A stretch of DNA of 64,000 nucleotides from Octopus vulgaris (Eukaryota). The stretch is from assembly GCA_951406725.2 (NCBI GenBank), contig OX597815.1:176886001-176950000 (forward strand). Reading direction: 5' to 3'. The translations under genes were made by a program, and so were the position numbers. The notes beneath the pieces are model-generated. The model ran no database searches, was not told where the DNA came from, and was given only the letters and a program-made list of their open reading frames with translations. Shown here in pieces: positions 24,159 to 38,252 of this stretch. Each line of letters opens with the position of its first letter. Within the stretch, counting starts at the first letter, position 1.

Positions 24159-26685
24159 CATTTGTCGTAAACATTACAAACGTACTTAATATTGTCATTA
24201 AGCTACGTATTTGCTATGTAGAGATTTGAAAGAAAGCCTTGCCGTCTCCGCTCCATATCACAAACATTCCACTCTATAGAAGTACCTTTCTCCGCGTTGA
24301 AGAGTTTATTTTCGTATATTTAGTTTATTTACGGATTCTTTCTCGTACTGTTTTTATCACATAGGAGTCAGCCAAGTAAATCGAGGCTAGTACTTGACTA
24401 AATTTCCTTTTATCGACACCGGTATGAGGAAAGGCGAGAAAAATACGCGGTGTGGCTTGTAGTAACCCAACAATATAACAGTTATTCTGACCAGTAACGT
24501 ATGAACCCATTCCAACTTATCCTCTCTAATCTGACTTCAGCTTTTCCAATCCCGTTCACTGCAGAACCTCTTTCAGTAATACCATCAGACATATAAAAGA
24601 GAAAAAACATGTCTGCTCTCCCAGAAAGCAGAAGGAAAGCAGTCTTACATATGCAACCGTTCTACTTACTCCTATAAGTCATCAATGCTAGGGCACTCAC
24701 CAAGTATGTGCAGAAAGGTTTCGATACCCTACATAAATTTGTATGGTCTAGCTAACGGCACATTTGTATCTATTCGACTTCTTAAACAGGCTATGCTTCT
24801 TAACAAAAATAAGCCAGTGTTTTCTAGAAAATATCCACGAGCCCCAGGTATAGGCCGGCCAGTTAATTTTCACCAATGTACCATTTTTTGGTAGGGAACA
24901 TCGTCATTAATTTGCTTAGAACGCCAATGTAGAACGCACGCCTATTGCGTTGCCCGGACGCTTCACGACATTTCTGATACCTAGTATTTTGTCTCAGACA
25001 TTGCTTGACACGCGACTGCAGTTCTGTCAAAGAGACGAGCTGTGAAAAAATGGGAATGACAAAAGGTGATCACACATGTTCACAGTCGAGGAGCTGGGGT
25101 TACAGCGCAGGTACAGCGTGTCCCTCGCATCATCAAAAAGTGGAAGTGTCAAATCAGACGCGAACTGGATTATGGGAGGACGACCAGGCAGTAATTACTG
25201 ACCGACGCTATGTAACCTGACGTTTCAACCACAGCTTTCTTTCGGCTCATTGCTGCTCATTTCCTCGTCCCAGTTATTCTCCACCAGAAGGTTTAGAACG
25301 GACTAGGCCTTCAGCCATTTAAATATTTCATTTGTTCAGTTGCCATATCAGTTTATATTTTCCCGCAGACAGTGTTGTATAGATTCGGAACGAAAAATGG
25401 TATCAAAATGTCTAAGTCTGTAGAAACACAAGTCTTTTTTCTACCTCTGGAATTCAGGAATAGGCTATCCTCAGGCAACTCAACGGCATCGTTAATGGCT
25501 GTTTCCATTAATTTAAATATGGTTAGATGGACGGCTGTGAACTGTGTCGGATAAATTACCTTTCTTTTGAAGGGGACATGCCAAAGCGCGCTTCCAAATG
25601 TCAATATATCCGCTGACACGCGTTTGCCTTACACATACACACACGCATGCGTATATATGTTGCTTGTGTATGTGTGTGTTTGTGTATGTCTACATAAAAT
25701 CGGAATAATGTTTGAAAGAAATTAACAATGATATTAACAGTGAACTTCATGATGCTCTGATCGCACTCAATGCCACTTAAGTGTAATAACGCACGATCAT
25801 TTACATCCATTAACTGGTATATATCCTGCGCTCTATTTTTGCAAAAATAATTATTCTGATGACCCAGTGTAACGGTGTAGATTAACTAATAATTAGAATC
25901 GACTGATGTAGTGATTGGTTTCGGCTCAGTAACCAGACTAGTTTTACATGCACAGAACGCTGTGAGTCGTTTCTGTTTGGTAGAGATGTCCGCTTGCATG
26001 CGTACGGTTTCCAGCTCGATCTCAAGACGCAGCACTGAGAGAAAGAAAGAAAGAGGGAGGGAGAGAAGAAAGAGAGAGAGGGGGTGAGAGAGAAACAAGG
26101 TAAACATAAAAGCAACAGCAACCAAAATGAAATAAACAAACTCCAAATCGGGAGTTTTCACTTAAAGACCATGTGATGTTTGTTCTGCTGAGTTCGATAA
26201 TTCTCTGTCAGAGTCGTCGAATGAAATCAACGAAGTACTGACTGCTCCACTGGAAGCACGTAAGAAAAAGGTACTATTGTTCACAAATTAACACAAAAAT
26301 ATATATTATATTCGCAGCTTTGGTTTTAGCGACACCTCTCGACTGAGAAGTCGAGGTTGAAAATGCTTTGAACTTCAAAAGACAAAGCATAATGAAATAT
26401 GGAAAGCATTTCAATTGATCTAGCCAACATGGCATTTTAGGACCTAGGATGACACTTGTCGTAATGGATATCTACACAATATCTTGGCATTAGTATAATT
26501 TAACTAATTGATTATTACTTAAGTTGTACCATTATCCCCGGCGTATTCACCAACACTTAATACTAGTTGCATATTATTGTTTATTCAATCGCTGGTTGGA
26601 CGCAATTGGGCTTTGCACTTAGTTAAAGCAAACCCTCTCTCTGTCTCTTACTTTCTTTCTCTCTCTTTGTCTCTCTCTCTCTCTG

Positions 26686-26718
<33 letters not shown>

Positions 26719-26864
26719 CAAACTAAGCACATATATTTGAAAGAAGGTGGGAAAAATAGTACTCGAATACCGGAAGTAGAGTAATATGCTTTATTAAACC
26801 TGAAAAACGTAATATTTTTGTGATGTATACATACATACACATGTATACATTCATATATCTATAC

Positions 26865-26929
<65 letters not shown>

Positions 26930-27135
26930 AAAGTGCGTTACTGAGTGATGAGGGTTTTCGGTTCACGATCGTCAGGCCGTAAACTCATTTCTCAGCGGTG
27001 CTTTGTGTTGCTTGAGCAAGGCAGTTTATTTCAAGTTACTCCAGTCCACTCAGTCGGCAAAAACGGGTTATACCTGTAATTCCAACCGTGTCACTCTGAA
27101 TTTCCCTGAGAACTAACTCAAGTCTATGGAACAAC
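26930..27135 (+). mobile_element. SINE C, diverged
   Basis: ttcacgatcgtcagg...tgtgttgcttgagcaaggcagtttatttc...tccagtccactcagtcggcaaaa. Confidence 0.65.
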
Positions 27136-27862
27136 ATGAAATAGTGTCTTGCTGAATGTTACAACGCGTCACCGAGAATTGAACTTATGAACTCAGGATT
27201 GTAAGCCGAGCACCCTAATGTCAAAGCCACTCTCCCTGATTACGATAGGAAATATTATTGATAATTTAAGCTGAATAATACGAATAAAAACCACGGCAAA
27301 TGCTATATGCCATAAAAGGACAATTATGCGGTTTTTCTTCGTTCTCGATTCTAGAATTTGCCGAAATAGCACAAACTGTAGTGTTTGTGTCTTTGTATAT
27401 ACCACCACCACCGTTATCATCATCATCATCACCATCACTATCATCATCATCATCGTGACTCGATCCTTCCTGTCTGTTCGGTGCGCCATTGCACGTGTCG
27501 GGTATGTCTTCGGTGCACTCGGAGTTCTAGCACGATTGCTTTATATAGATTCGATGTGGCCTACAAGCATTTACATCCGCACACATTACGCATGGGTATG
27601 TAAATGTACATATAATTTATGATATAATAAAATACAATGATATATGCATATATGTATGCATGCATGTATGTATATGTATGTGTGTATGTATGTTTGTATG
27701 TATGAATTATTTAGGATTCAATCCAATTACATGGCACCTTGGGCAAGGGTCTTCTACTATAGCTTCGCGCCCACCAAAGTTTTGTGAGTGGATTTGTTTG
27801 TAGACAGAATCTGAAAACATGCCTGTCATATCTATCTGTCTGTCTGTCTTTCTGTCTGCATA

Positions 27863-28296
27863 CGTGGTCTGATCAATATGTATCCGGACTGTTCCCATAG
27901 TAACGAAGCTAAAGCACGCAGAGTAAAGCAGCTGTGCACAGATTGACGTGCATGGACACTAAAATTTAAATTTTTCGCTCACTTCCGCTGTTTATAGCAG
28001 TGTTTGGACGGAAGGTGTGTAACAGAGGAAGTTGAGCAGAGAAGCTGCATCAAATTTTGCCAAAAGTTTGGCGATACTTGCTTAGAAGTCTACGCAAAGA
28101 TTTCAAAAGTTTTCATCGTTCTTGACACAATCAAGGAGATCTTGCGCAACTGAAACCCAAGTGTCTTTTTGGTCAGCTGAAAGGAGTTTTGGCTCAAACT
28201 TGGCAGACACGCATCTCATACCCATATCTTCAGTGATAGATAATGGACTGAACTGAACCGTAACTAATCTGCACATCCTCTCATAACTCACGGAGA
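27863..28296. mobile_element. Mariner-like remnant with internal inversion
   Basis: TA then TIR-like cgtggtctgatcaatatgtatccggact. Plus strand encodes EQRSCIKFCQKFGDTCLEVYAKI; the minus strand then encodes EDMGMRCVSAKFEPKLLSADQK..DLLDCVKNDENF (mariner WVPxxL linker region). Confidence 0.75.
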
Positions 28297-28306
28297 GGGA
28301 GAGATA

Positions 28307-29560
28307 CAGAGCTTGGGCAAAATAATGGAAACACCGTAAAATTTCAAAGTTATTTTAATATGGGGTAGGACCGCCTTTGGTAGTAATTGCAGCTTAAATT
28401 CTACGAGGGATGGACTCATACAAAGTTTGAATTGTTTCCAAGGGAATTTTTGTTCATTCTTTACTTAAAACAGTCTCCAGTTCTTGTAGTGATGATGGTG
28501 GAGGATAACGACTCTTTACTTGCTTTTTTAAATATGCCATAAGTGTTCAATAATATTGAGATCTGGGGACTGTGGTGGCCAGATAAGATGGTTAACTTCA
28601 CTAGAATGTTCCTCGTGCCATTCAATAACAACTTTAGCTGTGTGAATTGGTGCATTATCATCCTAAAAGATTTCATTTCCCTTCGGAAACAGTTCCGCAA
28701 TGAAAGGATGAATTTAATCAGATAAAATTCTTAAATAATCTTGACAATTAATTCTGCCATGAAGCGAAACCATTGGGGCGGCAGATTTCCAAGATATAGC
28801 CCCCCCCAGATCTTCCACCATTTTAATAGTTGGAAGAAAGCAACCTGGGTTAAATGTTTCTTTTCGCTGTCTCCACACGTATACTCAGCCAGTGCTCGGA
28901 AATAAGGTAAAGGATGACTCGTCCGAGAAGATAACATTCTTCCACTGCTCTAGGGACCAATTCTGTAGGTTTTTTACTCAACTCTAAACGCTTTGCAACG
29001 TTTGTTTTTGAAAGTAGGGGCTTACTGATTGCATCCCTCTCGTGAAATCCGGCTTTGTGCAGCTCCCGGTGAACAGTTTTTGTGGAAACTGGGTTCTCGA
29101 GTTGGTCATTAAGCTCTACAGAAATTTTAAGAGCTGTTCTTTTGTGATCCTTTCTCACAATTCGCATAAGAGTCCGACGGTCTCTATCTGAAAGTTTTGG
29201 TTTTCTTCCCGAGTTTTGTTTCGACGAAGAGGTTTTTCCCTCCTTCTCAATGGCTGTCATTATTTTCGTGTCAGTACTTATTGATACCCCAAACATTTCG
29301 GGTGCTTCGTTACTCTAGCGTCTGCCATACGAGCACCAACAATTTGGCCTCTTTGAAAGTCCGTCCGATAGATCTGTCATTTTAATGAATTCTACTTAAT
29401 TTTTTCTGATGATATCTGAAAAGAAACGGCAATTTTAGCAAAACATATTACGCGACACTAATAATAAATAAAAAAACATAAAATAAACAAGCTTTTTACG
29501 GTTTAATACGTATTTCAAAATTATGATGCTAGGTGTTTCCATTATTTTGTCAAACCCCTG
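28307..29560 (-). mobile_element. Full-length Tc1-family DNA transposon (1254 bp)
   Basis: TIRs cagagcttgggcaaaataatggaaacacc and ggtgtttccattattttgtcaaacccctg, with TA on both sides. Confidence 0.93.
28355..29380 (-). pseudogene. Tc1 transposase, frameshifted
   Basis: MTDLSD/FQRGQIVGARM..., SGRKPKLSDRDRR HTH region, SDES, DDNAPIH...WPPQSPDLNIIEHLW (DD34E-type), ending KGGPTPY*. Several frameshifts. Confidence 0.9.
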
Positions 29561-30303
29561 TATATATATATATATATATGAAATGGCTGACAGTATTACA
29601 TAACAGCTGTAGCTGAGGGCAAGTTCTGCTGACGCTTTTAATGATGGTTCTGAGGATTAATCGACTCGGCTGATGACGATCATCGATGATGATATGTTAA
29701 TGATTATATCATCATCATTGTTATGGCTATCATAGACACTGATGTCATAATTGAAATCGAATTTAATCTTGTTGTTTACTCCAACTTTGATGTCAATTAA
29801 AGAGAAGAAGAAACGAGATCACCAGCAACACTAGCGACCACAACAACAGCTTATTAGAAGAAGCAAAACGTTGACTACAGAGCAAGTGGTTGAGTGAACG
29901 AGGACGTCGAAGAGAGCAGCATTGGAGGAAGAAGTAAATTCTGAAATCAAGTAAATATTCGTAGGTGTGACGGAAAAGAAAATAATTTCTTGAGACTTGG
30001 CAACAATAAAATTAGCAGCAGCACAAAACCCAACGACAACAACAGCATCGACAACAAGAGCAGCAGCAACAACAGCAACAGCAACAGTAGCACCAACAGC
30101 CGTTCAAGAATTTGGACCTTGAGATCTCCATTTCGAGCGACTTCGAGGGCCACCTCCCAGTGGTGTCGGGCAACAACGAAGAGCCCTCGACTACAACAAG
30201 ACAACCAAAGTTTCTTTTTTCCAAGGTCTGGGGTCTCCCGCCCCTAAGCCCTAATCCATCACCTAATCACCCTTACCCGTTTTGTTGCTTCATAACAACA
30301 GCA

Positions 30304-30334
<31 letters not shown>

Positions 30335-32841
30335 TACGTGTTGCTTGACTTGGCAGAAATAGCAGCCATCTCTTCCCCTAAATCACACACAACAGTCTAC
30401 AGCAAGCATAAACGAAGCAGAAGCAAACGTCTCCGAGAAGCGGTTTGCATGCGATATATTTTATCGTCAAGCAGGTGATATTACGAAAATAGGAAGATGA
30501 TTCTTCCCCTGGTATGAAATACAGAAAGTCCCGCGGGCCGCATGCTATCCATGACCTGTATATCCAATAGATAATGTAGTTCTAAATCCATTGGTAGGAT
30601 AGTTTCCTCTTGATCAGTCGGTTAGGCGATTAGTGTCAACTCGGAACTAAATAACAAGGATAAAAATTTTCCCAAAGACGACAAATATAACAACGGCTAC
30701 AAAAGAAGCCTGACTGTTAAAAGCTCGCCTTGCTGCCAACAGAAGTTACATAATTTATGGGGAGTAAACAAATACACTATTTGTTCAGTCATGACCTTGA
30801 CAGGTATGATCTCATTTGTAGAACATGTGACCTAGTATCCTAATTTACAAATAGATATGGTCGTCGTATTTTAAAACTGATATTAGTTGCAATCGGGAAA
30901 CTTATTGTGATGTCCACCTAGTAAAAATAAGTATTGATTTTTAATTTTGGTAGAAAGTGACAAATTTCTAAAGTAGACTCGGCCATAAGGATACTTGGTT
31001 TTATTAATCAGAAATAGCTATATTCGTAGTACTTGCTTTACTGATCATCATCATTACCTGTACAACTCATTAATTTCAAATGATATAAATGCTTAAATCA
31101 TTGCACACCTGAAAAATGAGGCCTTGTAAGTTAACTCAAACATTTATCTCAGCTGTTTCGATAAAACCGCTACTTATAATAATGGAGTCAATCAAATGGA
31201 CTGCACCATCACTCTCTTTTCAAATGATGGATTTCTCTCTGAAAATCATAAGCCTGCATTCTTTTGTTATTCAATCTCTATTCAGTTTCTTGAATAGATT
31301 CTTTATTCTTTTATCTTCTCACCATCGTATCGGTGAAAATCCACATGTACCAGAAGAAAAAGGCGTATCTTGTACTTCATGCGTGTACTTCAATATGCTG
31401 ACAAGAAAGTTGGTGATTTGTTCCGATCATCCTACGCCCTGCTGTACTCAAACACACGGTCTGAATTTAATGGCAAGACTGTTTAAGGGGATTACTGGGC
31501 TCTAGCCTGAAGTTGAACTTCACGAAAGGATTTGATCATTAGACCTGACAGCTAAATAAAGAATCGTGTCCATAAACAAAACATCTGTACATAGAAGCTT
31601 TTAACAAATTAAGAAGCGCTCACCTCCCATCTAGCTTGTATAACTTCTCGAATCATAGGTAATCGTAGGTAATACGTCGATCATAGGTAATCAAAGCTTA
31701 ACAAGTATTATATATAACAGTTTAGGAAATGTTCAATTTTCTGAATTGCTTGTTAGAGTATTAGTTGATTGGCATTTTATATTATCTGTCCCCAAAAGAA
31801 TGAAAAGCAATGTTGTCACTAGTGAGATTTGACTGAAAACAAAGCACCAGAGCATTCCTGTCGAGACCAACTTAGCCTTTCTCCTGGCTGAGATCAATTT
31901 AAAAATATTCCAGTCACTTATTGAGATCTATTTTACCGACTATGGCAGTCTCAAAGCGACTGACCATCGTGCTGATGTTCGAAGTTCATTTTATTATAGT
32001 TCAATGCAGAAAACAAATTTCAGTAGTTTCTGACATAACACCACGTGTGTATAGGGCTCAATGAGGAAGTATTAGAAAGTTGACGTTGAATGGTCGATTT
32101 ATCAGTCACGTGAAACTGCTGCGACGTATGTTGATGTCTACGCGGCTAGAGAAACGATTCGGTTTCGAATCGGCTACAAATGTTTTATTTGACTCATTGG
32201 CTGAAAGAGAATGGCAAATGCCTTTTCCACGATGGTCGTAAGTAAATTAATAATGAAAGTAAAGCAAAACGTCTCGAGAAGAGACGGGAATCGGAGTCTA
32301 ATCAATAAAATTCACCAAAAAATATATTGCTAACACTAACCCTTGGCGACCTCTACATTTTCATTTGTTTCTCATTTTCAAGCGCAAATATTTAAAATCT
32401 TGATTTTTTTTTCCAGGAATGTCGATCAGAACTAACGATTTGTGCTTTTGTTTTCTTCAATATACTTACTGCCCTTTGTGCTTTCAAGTCTAAATGAAAC
32501 CTTGCTTATCTATCACCGTCTTATCGTTAGTATTATAATTAGGAAACTTACTGTTATTTCTCAATTAGTACCCTTCATTGGCGCCGTAGGTCAAATTAAT
32601 TAGACCGTCTACGCACAACAATACTAACATTTCACATTATCCAGCCAGCCAGCCAGCCAGCCAGTCAGCCAGATTGCTAGTTAAAGAAGACTATTTAAAT
32701 AGGTGTTGCTTAAAAAAGCAGAAAACAAAAGCCGTAGGAACCAGTATTTACAAATATCAAGTTTAAAACAAAATCAAACTAAACGAAAATTCTCCATCCT
32801 AATTTGATCTTTTTCCTTTCCCTTTTTTCCCCCACTCCTAT

Positions 32842-33037
32842 CACTGCGGCCATGCTGGGGCACCGCCTTGAAGAATTGTAGTCGTACTGATCGACCCCAG
32901 TGTTTTGTCTTTGAAGTCTGGTAATTATTTTGTTGGTCATTATTGCGGAACCGCTAAGTTACGGGGATGTAAGCACGCCAACACCGTTTGTCAAGCGGTA
33001 GTGGGGGACAAAACACACTCATCCCCATCAAACACAT

Positions 33038-33068
<31 letters not shown>

Positions 33069-33225
33069 TATACGACGGGCTTCTTTCAGTTTCTGTCTAC
33101 CAAATCCACTTATAAGGCTTTGGTCGGTCTGAGGTTGTAGTAGAAGACACCTGCCTAAGGTGCCGCGCAGTGAGACTGAACTTGGAACCATGTGGTTGGG
33201 AAGAAAACTTCTTACACCACACAGT
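32842..33225 (-). mobile_element. SINE A, diverged
   Basis: actgcggccatgctggggcaccgcc...acgacgggcttctttcagtttc...ggaaccatgtggttggg. Confidence 0.85.
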
Positions 33226-34732
33226 CATCTTTTTATTTATTTAAGTTTACAAAAATGTGACCTTTAAGATTTTAAGTATATTGAACTTTATTTACAGTAA
33301 TATGTCCTAAAGGAAAAGACTACCTCATGGAAGTAATAATATGATAGGCTGACTGTCTCCAATATTTCCAAGAGTAAAGTTCTAAACTCGTAAATGGTAA
33401 TGCCGGTTGTACAACGCTTTTTTGTTACCTTGCAATACTGAATTTCAATTTACTTATCAATTATTTGAAGTGGGTTAACCCTTGCGAAATACCAAATGAA
33501 AACAAAACTCCTCAAATGGAAACGTTTCACAACAATTTAATGAGAAGTCAGGATATCGATTTTACTGGGCCTAACACACTTTCTCATGAAATTTATTTTA
33601 AATTGATACATGGTGATTAAATTTGAAGAAAAACTGAATTAACGCAGAAATCCGGAAGGTCGGGGAAATCCAGGGGTCGGGGAAGGTTTTTGAACCAATT
33701 AGCCCGAAATATATTTATTTACGCCGACGTTAACCCCTTGATTTGAAAGGAAGAAACTCATAGATTCCTCGAATTCAAAAGGTATATTGAATCTATTTCA
33801 TTGAATCTATTTATATGAATCGAGTTACGCTTCCATTGCATTGGACTGAGGCCGTGTTGCCAGAAGGAAAATTTCTGTTTTAACTAGGAACACGTTTTTT
33901 TTTTTTATATAATTCTACTTGTGCTTAATGAGTCCGCATTACCGCCGACAATTTTATTTTGACCCCACTTGGAGTAATTTACCCCTGTTCGACGACCAAA
34001 CATTGGGTAATTGACTCCGGTATGCCGACCCATGATCTTCTAACTGGCGGATTGATTTGTTAGAAATCATAGCTAAATTCCCCTCAAATTACATTCTACC
34101 GTTTCAGTGAGAGAAAGACGCATAGGATAGATGGGTCCTTGATTCTCTATGCCTGAAATATATAATACCAGTGATCAAGGCACAAAATACTTTGAACGAA
34201 AGACTTCTAAAACGGGTCTAAAAGAAATCGAATGGAACAAATATGAGAAGACCTCTCCAGCGAATGGAATATCTCGATCTCGGGATATTATTATTCATAA
34301 CAGATAAAATTGTAAACGAAATTCTGTTTCTATCACTTTACCCGCAACTTAACACTGAAAATACAAATGCTTATGAAAAATAAATTTTCTCGTCTGTGAA
34401 CCATCTTATTCCATACTAAACTCTAATATAACCCAAGGCCCAATTTTACACGACCGCATATATCGTGTAATTAATTGTGTTGAGTTGGGAAAGAAGGCAA
34501 CGGATACAACTGCGACGTCAATTTGTCATATTTTCTCCAACTTATTCAGGACGGAAGTGAAATAGTTACGAATGTGAATCGAGCCTTAAAGCTTAGATTA
34601 TGAGTTACACTGCATTATTTACCACTTGGGAGGAATAACGGTTGTTCAAGAGAGTCTAAATGCTTCGACAAACTAATTACCGTGGAATTTAGCATCACTT
34701 CGACGAGTGTAACACCAACAAGAATATATATA

Positions 34733-34912
34733 AGAAGAACGCTCAGAGAGCTTAAATCTCCGCCAAGGCAACACCAACGTCCTCTCAACGATTAGCCAGA
34801 GATGATTTTAAAATGAGAATATCTGAAATAAACTCAACTGCTCTCACAAACAAGAATACTAAAAATGAATGCGACCGCTCTCAAAAATTAAGTAAAAAAA
34901 AAAATAAGGAAA
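34733..34912. mobile_element. Possible Helentron-associated (DINE-1/HINE-like) element end
   Basis: Small stem-loop gctc-aga-gagc next to ctccgccaagg, an arrangement I recall from HINE termini. The same motif occurs at ~5698-5712. Confidence 0.35.
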
Positions 34913-34945
34913 ATTATTACTATTATTATTATTATTATTATTATT

Positions 34946-35880
34946 GTAGTCTGTGCACAGCTTCTAACGCTGGAGATGTACTACGGTGTCAGCAGTTCAC
35001 TTCCAGTGAACTAAGGTAACACCCCTTATTTTTCGAACACTATCCGGAGTATTCGAGCGGTTCCAAGCAGTGCTGTTTTCTCCAAGTGTTCCATCCTTAT
35101 TGCAGCCCCTATTTGTTCCATGTACTTAAGATTTTTACTTATTGTTCCTAGGGTTCTGACAATTATTGGTACTACTACCACCTTTTTTCATCAACCACAA
35201 CTGCTTAACCTCCCAAGCTAACCTATCATATCTATCGATTTTTCTTTCTTCTTTATCGCATACCTTGTCAGCTGGGCATGCTATATCTATGATCCAACAT
35301 AGTTTGCTTTCTTTCTCAACACTATGTCTGGTTTTCTATTGTCTATCTCTATCGCATTGAATCGCAAAATCCCATAGGAACTTTGCATTACCATTTTCGA
35401 TGATGCCTTCGGGTTTATGGTCGTACGAATTCTTTGCTCTGTCAAGTCCATAGTTGGTGCAAAGTGTCCAATGGACAATCCTTGCTATATTGTCATGACG
35501 TATCTTATATTCTTTCTGGGCTAATGGCGTACATTGAGTAGTAACATGCCATACGGTTTCCCCATTTTTCCGCAAATTCTACACTTATTACTTTCTGATG
35601 TGTTATCTGTTCTGCATTTGATGTAATTGGTTCTTAATGCTTGCTCTTAGGCAGCACAGATTAGAGCCTCCGTTTCCGGTTTTAAATCACGTTTAGTCAT
35701 TCACAGCCATCTTTTTTCTCTGTCTTATCTTCAACATCCCTATGAAATTATTCATGCATGCTTTTCATTGTCCGCCTATTTTCAGTTTCATTCATTCTCA
35801 AGTGCTTTATCTTTGCAATCTTCCATCCTACACAAGCCTAACGTTCTTACTTCCAATAATAGTGGTTCTGTGGCATTTTT
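34946..35880 (-). mobile_element. R4/Dong non-LTR retrotransposon 3' fragment inserted in (TAA)n
   Basis: CCHC knuckle (ETVWHVTTQCTPLAQKEYKIRHD), REL domain (LWDFAIQ..IIDIACPAD..K), C-terminus KTALLGTARILR. (TAT)n runs flank it at 34913-34945 and 35892-35945. Confidence 0.9.
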
Positions 35881-36487
35881 TACATACCATACTATTATTA
35901 TTATTATTATTATTATTATCATCATTATTATTGCTATTATTATCATCATCATCATCGTCATCCAGAGAGGAAAGATAGTAAAATAATTGACTTCAGAGAT
36001 TTATGGAAAGAATATATATTTATTTTGCACACCGCGGTACACAACTGGTAAATACTTTATCGATTTTGTTGACACGAACAGTATCACGATCGAAGAACTT
36101 TGGCATTTAGACAAGTAGACAATTATATATAGTGAAACAGCCAAAGTTAGTTATATCGCTTAAATTGATAGCTAACGCAGACACCCATAGAAAGAAAGGC
36201 TAAAAGTTACTGACAGTTATACAAACAGGAATTGCGAGACAGGTCGAGTCAGGACGACAGATGACAAGCTGTAACATCAGACAGGAAAGACGAGTTGAGT
36301 CAAATAAAATACACAAAACCGTAGCGAAGAAAAACTGCAAGAAAAGAAGTCAGTGTCACTTAGCTCCCTATATACATAACTACCTATGAGTATTTGTATG
36401 TGTGTGTGTGTCTGTCTGTCTCGCATATGTGTGTATGATATGTGCGTGTGTGCGTGTATAGACTCGATGACTGGACACAGACTTAAC

Positions 36488-36538
<51 letters not shown>

Positions 36539-36629
36539 GTGTATATATAAATACATATATATATATATGTGTATATATAAATACACACACATATAGATAG
36601 ATATGTATGTATATATATTTGTGTTTGTG

Positions 36630-36666
<37 letters not shown>

Positions 36667-37526
36667 GCATTCATATATTCACAGAAAGACAGATTTGTAT
36701 ATACATATACATACCTGCATACTTAAACACAGATGTCAGGCAGACGGGCAGAGAAACAAATAGAATAAATTTAAGACTATTATGAAATAATTCTCAGTCT
36801 ACATTTGGCAATGCGCCATTGCTTGAGAAACATCAGAAAGAGTGAAGACTGCTCTACCCACCTTCTTAAATTTGGTATCGACTCTAAATAGTCTCATAAT
36901 GAGGTGCAGATAGCTGGCGACTGGATGGATAAATTTATAGATTGGTATAATAGGGGAGAGAACGCAAATAAGAGTGGCTTGATATCTCTATAGCTTAAAT
37001 CTCTCACTTACACATTAAAAATATATACATAAATTTATAAACTCTTACAAATATTGTATCGCTCACAACTCACACACAGATATATCCGAATATAACGCCA
37101 GTCCTGTTCAGCTGTCGAGGCATAATTCGTTGAACTGCCTGGAGTATGGCGACCAGCATTAGAAAGGGCAGAGCAGCATGCCATCTGTGACAGTCCTCAA
37201 ACCGTAGTAGGGAACGGGGAGCTGGCCTCGATGGGTTGTGCTGGTGGTGTTGGTGCTTAATGCTGTGGGTAGGTAGGTGAAGAGTAAGGTGAGAATCAGC
37301 GATGTTTGATTGATAGATTCAAAGAGGACCAATTGAGTCATGTAAAGAAGCCCAAACTGACCTCGGTATTGTAGTCATTCTAAACTAATGCTAAAGAGCT
37401 GTTGAATCTCTTTTGTGTATACGTACATACATACTTACATACTATGTATGACTGTATGAATTTATCGTGAGTGTGTGTTTATACACCTGTCTTCGTCTTT
37501 TCTTTTTCTGTAAATTTCAACTATAT

Positions 37527-37572
<46 letters not shown>

Positions 37573-37577
<5 letters not shown>

Positions 37578-38252
37578 AATCTCCCGTCGGTTTCGACGTA
37601 TGAGGATCCGACAACGCACTCCTTCTTTGTCAGTCAGAATACTCATGTAGAATGTGACATTTAACTCTCGTCAACGATTTGCAAAGAAGGCCACAGATGT
37701 TGCGAGGATTACAGGTGAGTGCAGGTGATATATTTGCAGCCGCCTTTTCTCCTTTGCCTTGCACTACGAAGCCTGTTAATGCTGGTTGCAACAAAGATTT
37801 TAATATCATTTTCACACAACGATCTCCATTTTCTTCGTTCCAAAGCTGATCAGCCAAAGATCTTCTGTATTACCTTCATTTCTAAGAGTTTTATCTTCAG
37901 CTTGTCCTTATATCTGAGCCATGGTCGACCAACATTCCTGTTCCCACTCTCAAGCTGGCTGTACATGAGGACTTTGGGTATTCTTTCGTCACTCATTCTG
38001 ATGGTATGGCCAACCCAGCGCAAATGTGATTGCACGAGGAAGCTCTCGATTCCACCAATCTTACACTTGCTAAACAAGTCGGCATTAGAAGCTTAGTCTT
38101 TTAGTGAATAACCACAGATTGTCCTCGACAGTCTTTGTGGAAGATGTCTAGTTGGTTAATGTGACGTCTATATGGTATCTACGATTCTGACCCATACAGG
38201 AGAGTAGTAAGAATGGCTGTTTTATAGACCTGTACTTTGGTGTCAAATTTGA
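37573..38252 (-). mobile_element. RTE-clade LINE 3' fragment
   Basis: TKVQVYKTAILTTLLYGSES...HLRWVGHTIRMSDERIPKVLMYSQLESGNRNVGRPWLRYKDKLK, a C-terminal CxxC, a short 3' UTR, then (TA)n. Confidence 0.9.

Noticed and set aside
27487-27510. cattgcacgtgtcggg, resembling miR-25/92
   Set aside because: No complementary arm, and the 3' part does not match.
30241-30270. ccctaa-like telomeric repeats
   Set aside because: Only two or three imperfect units.
31116-31505. 129-aa ORF in unique sequence
   Set aside because: No recognisable motif or convincing splice context.
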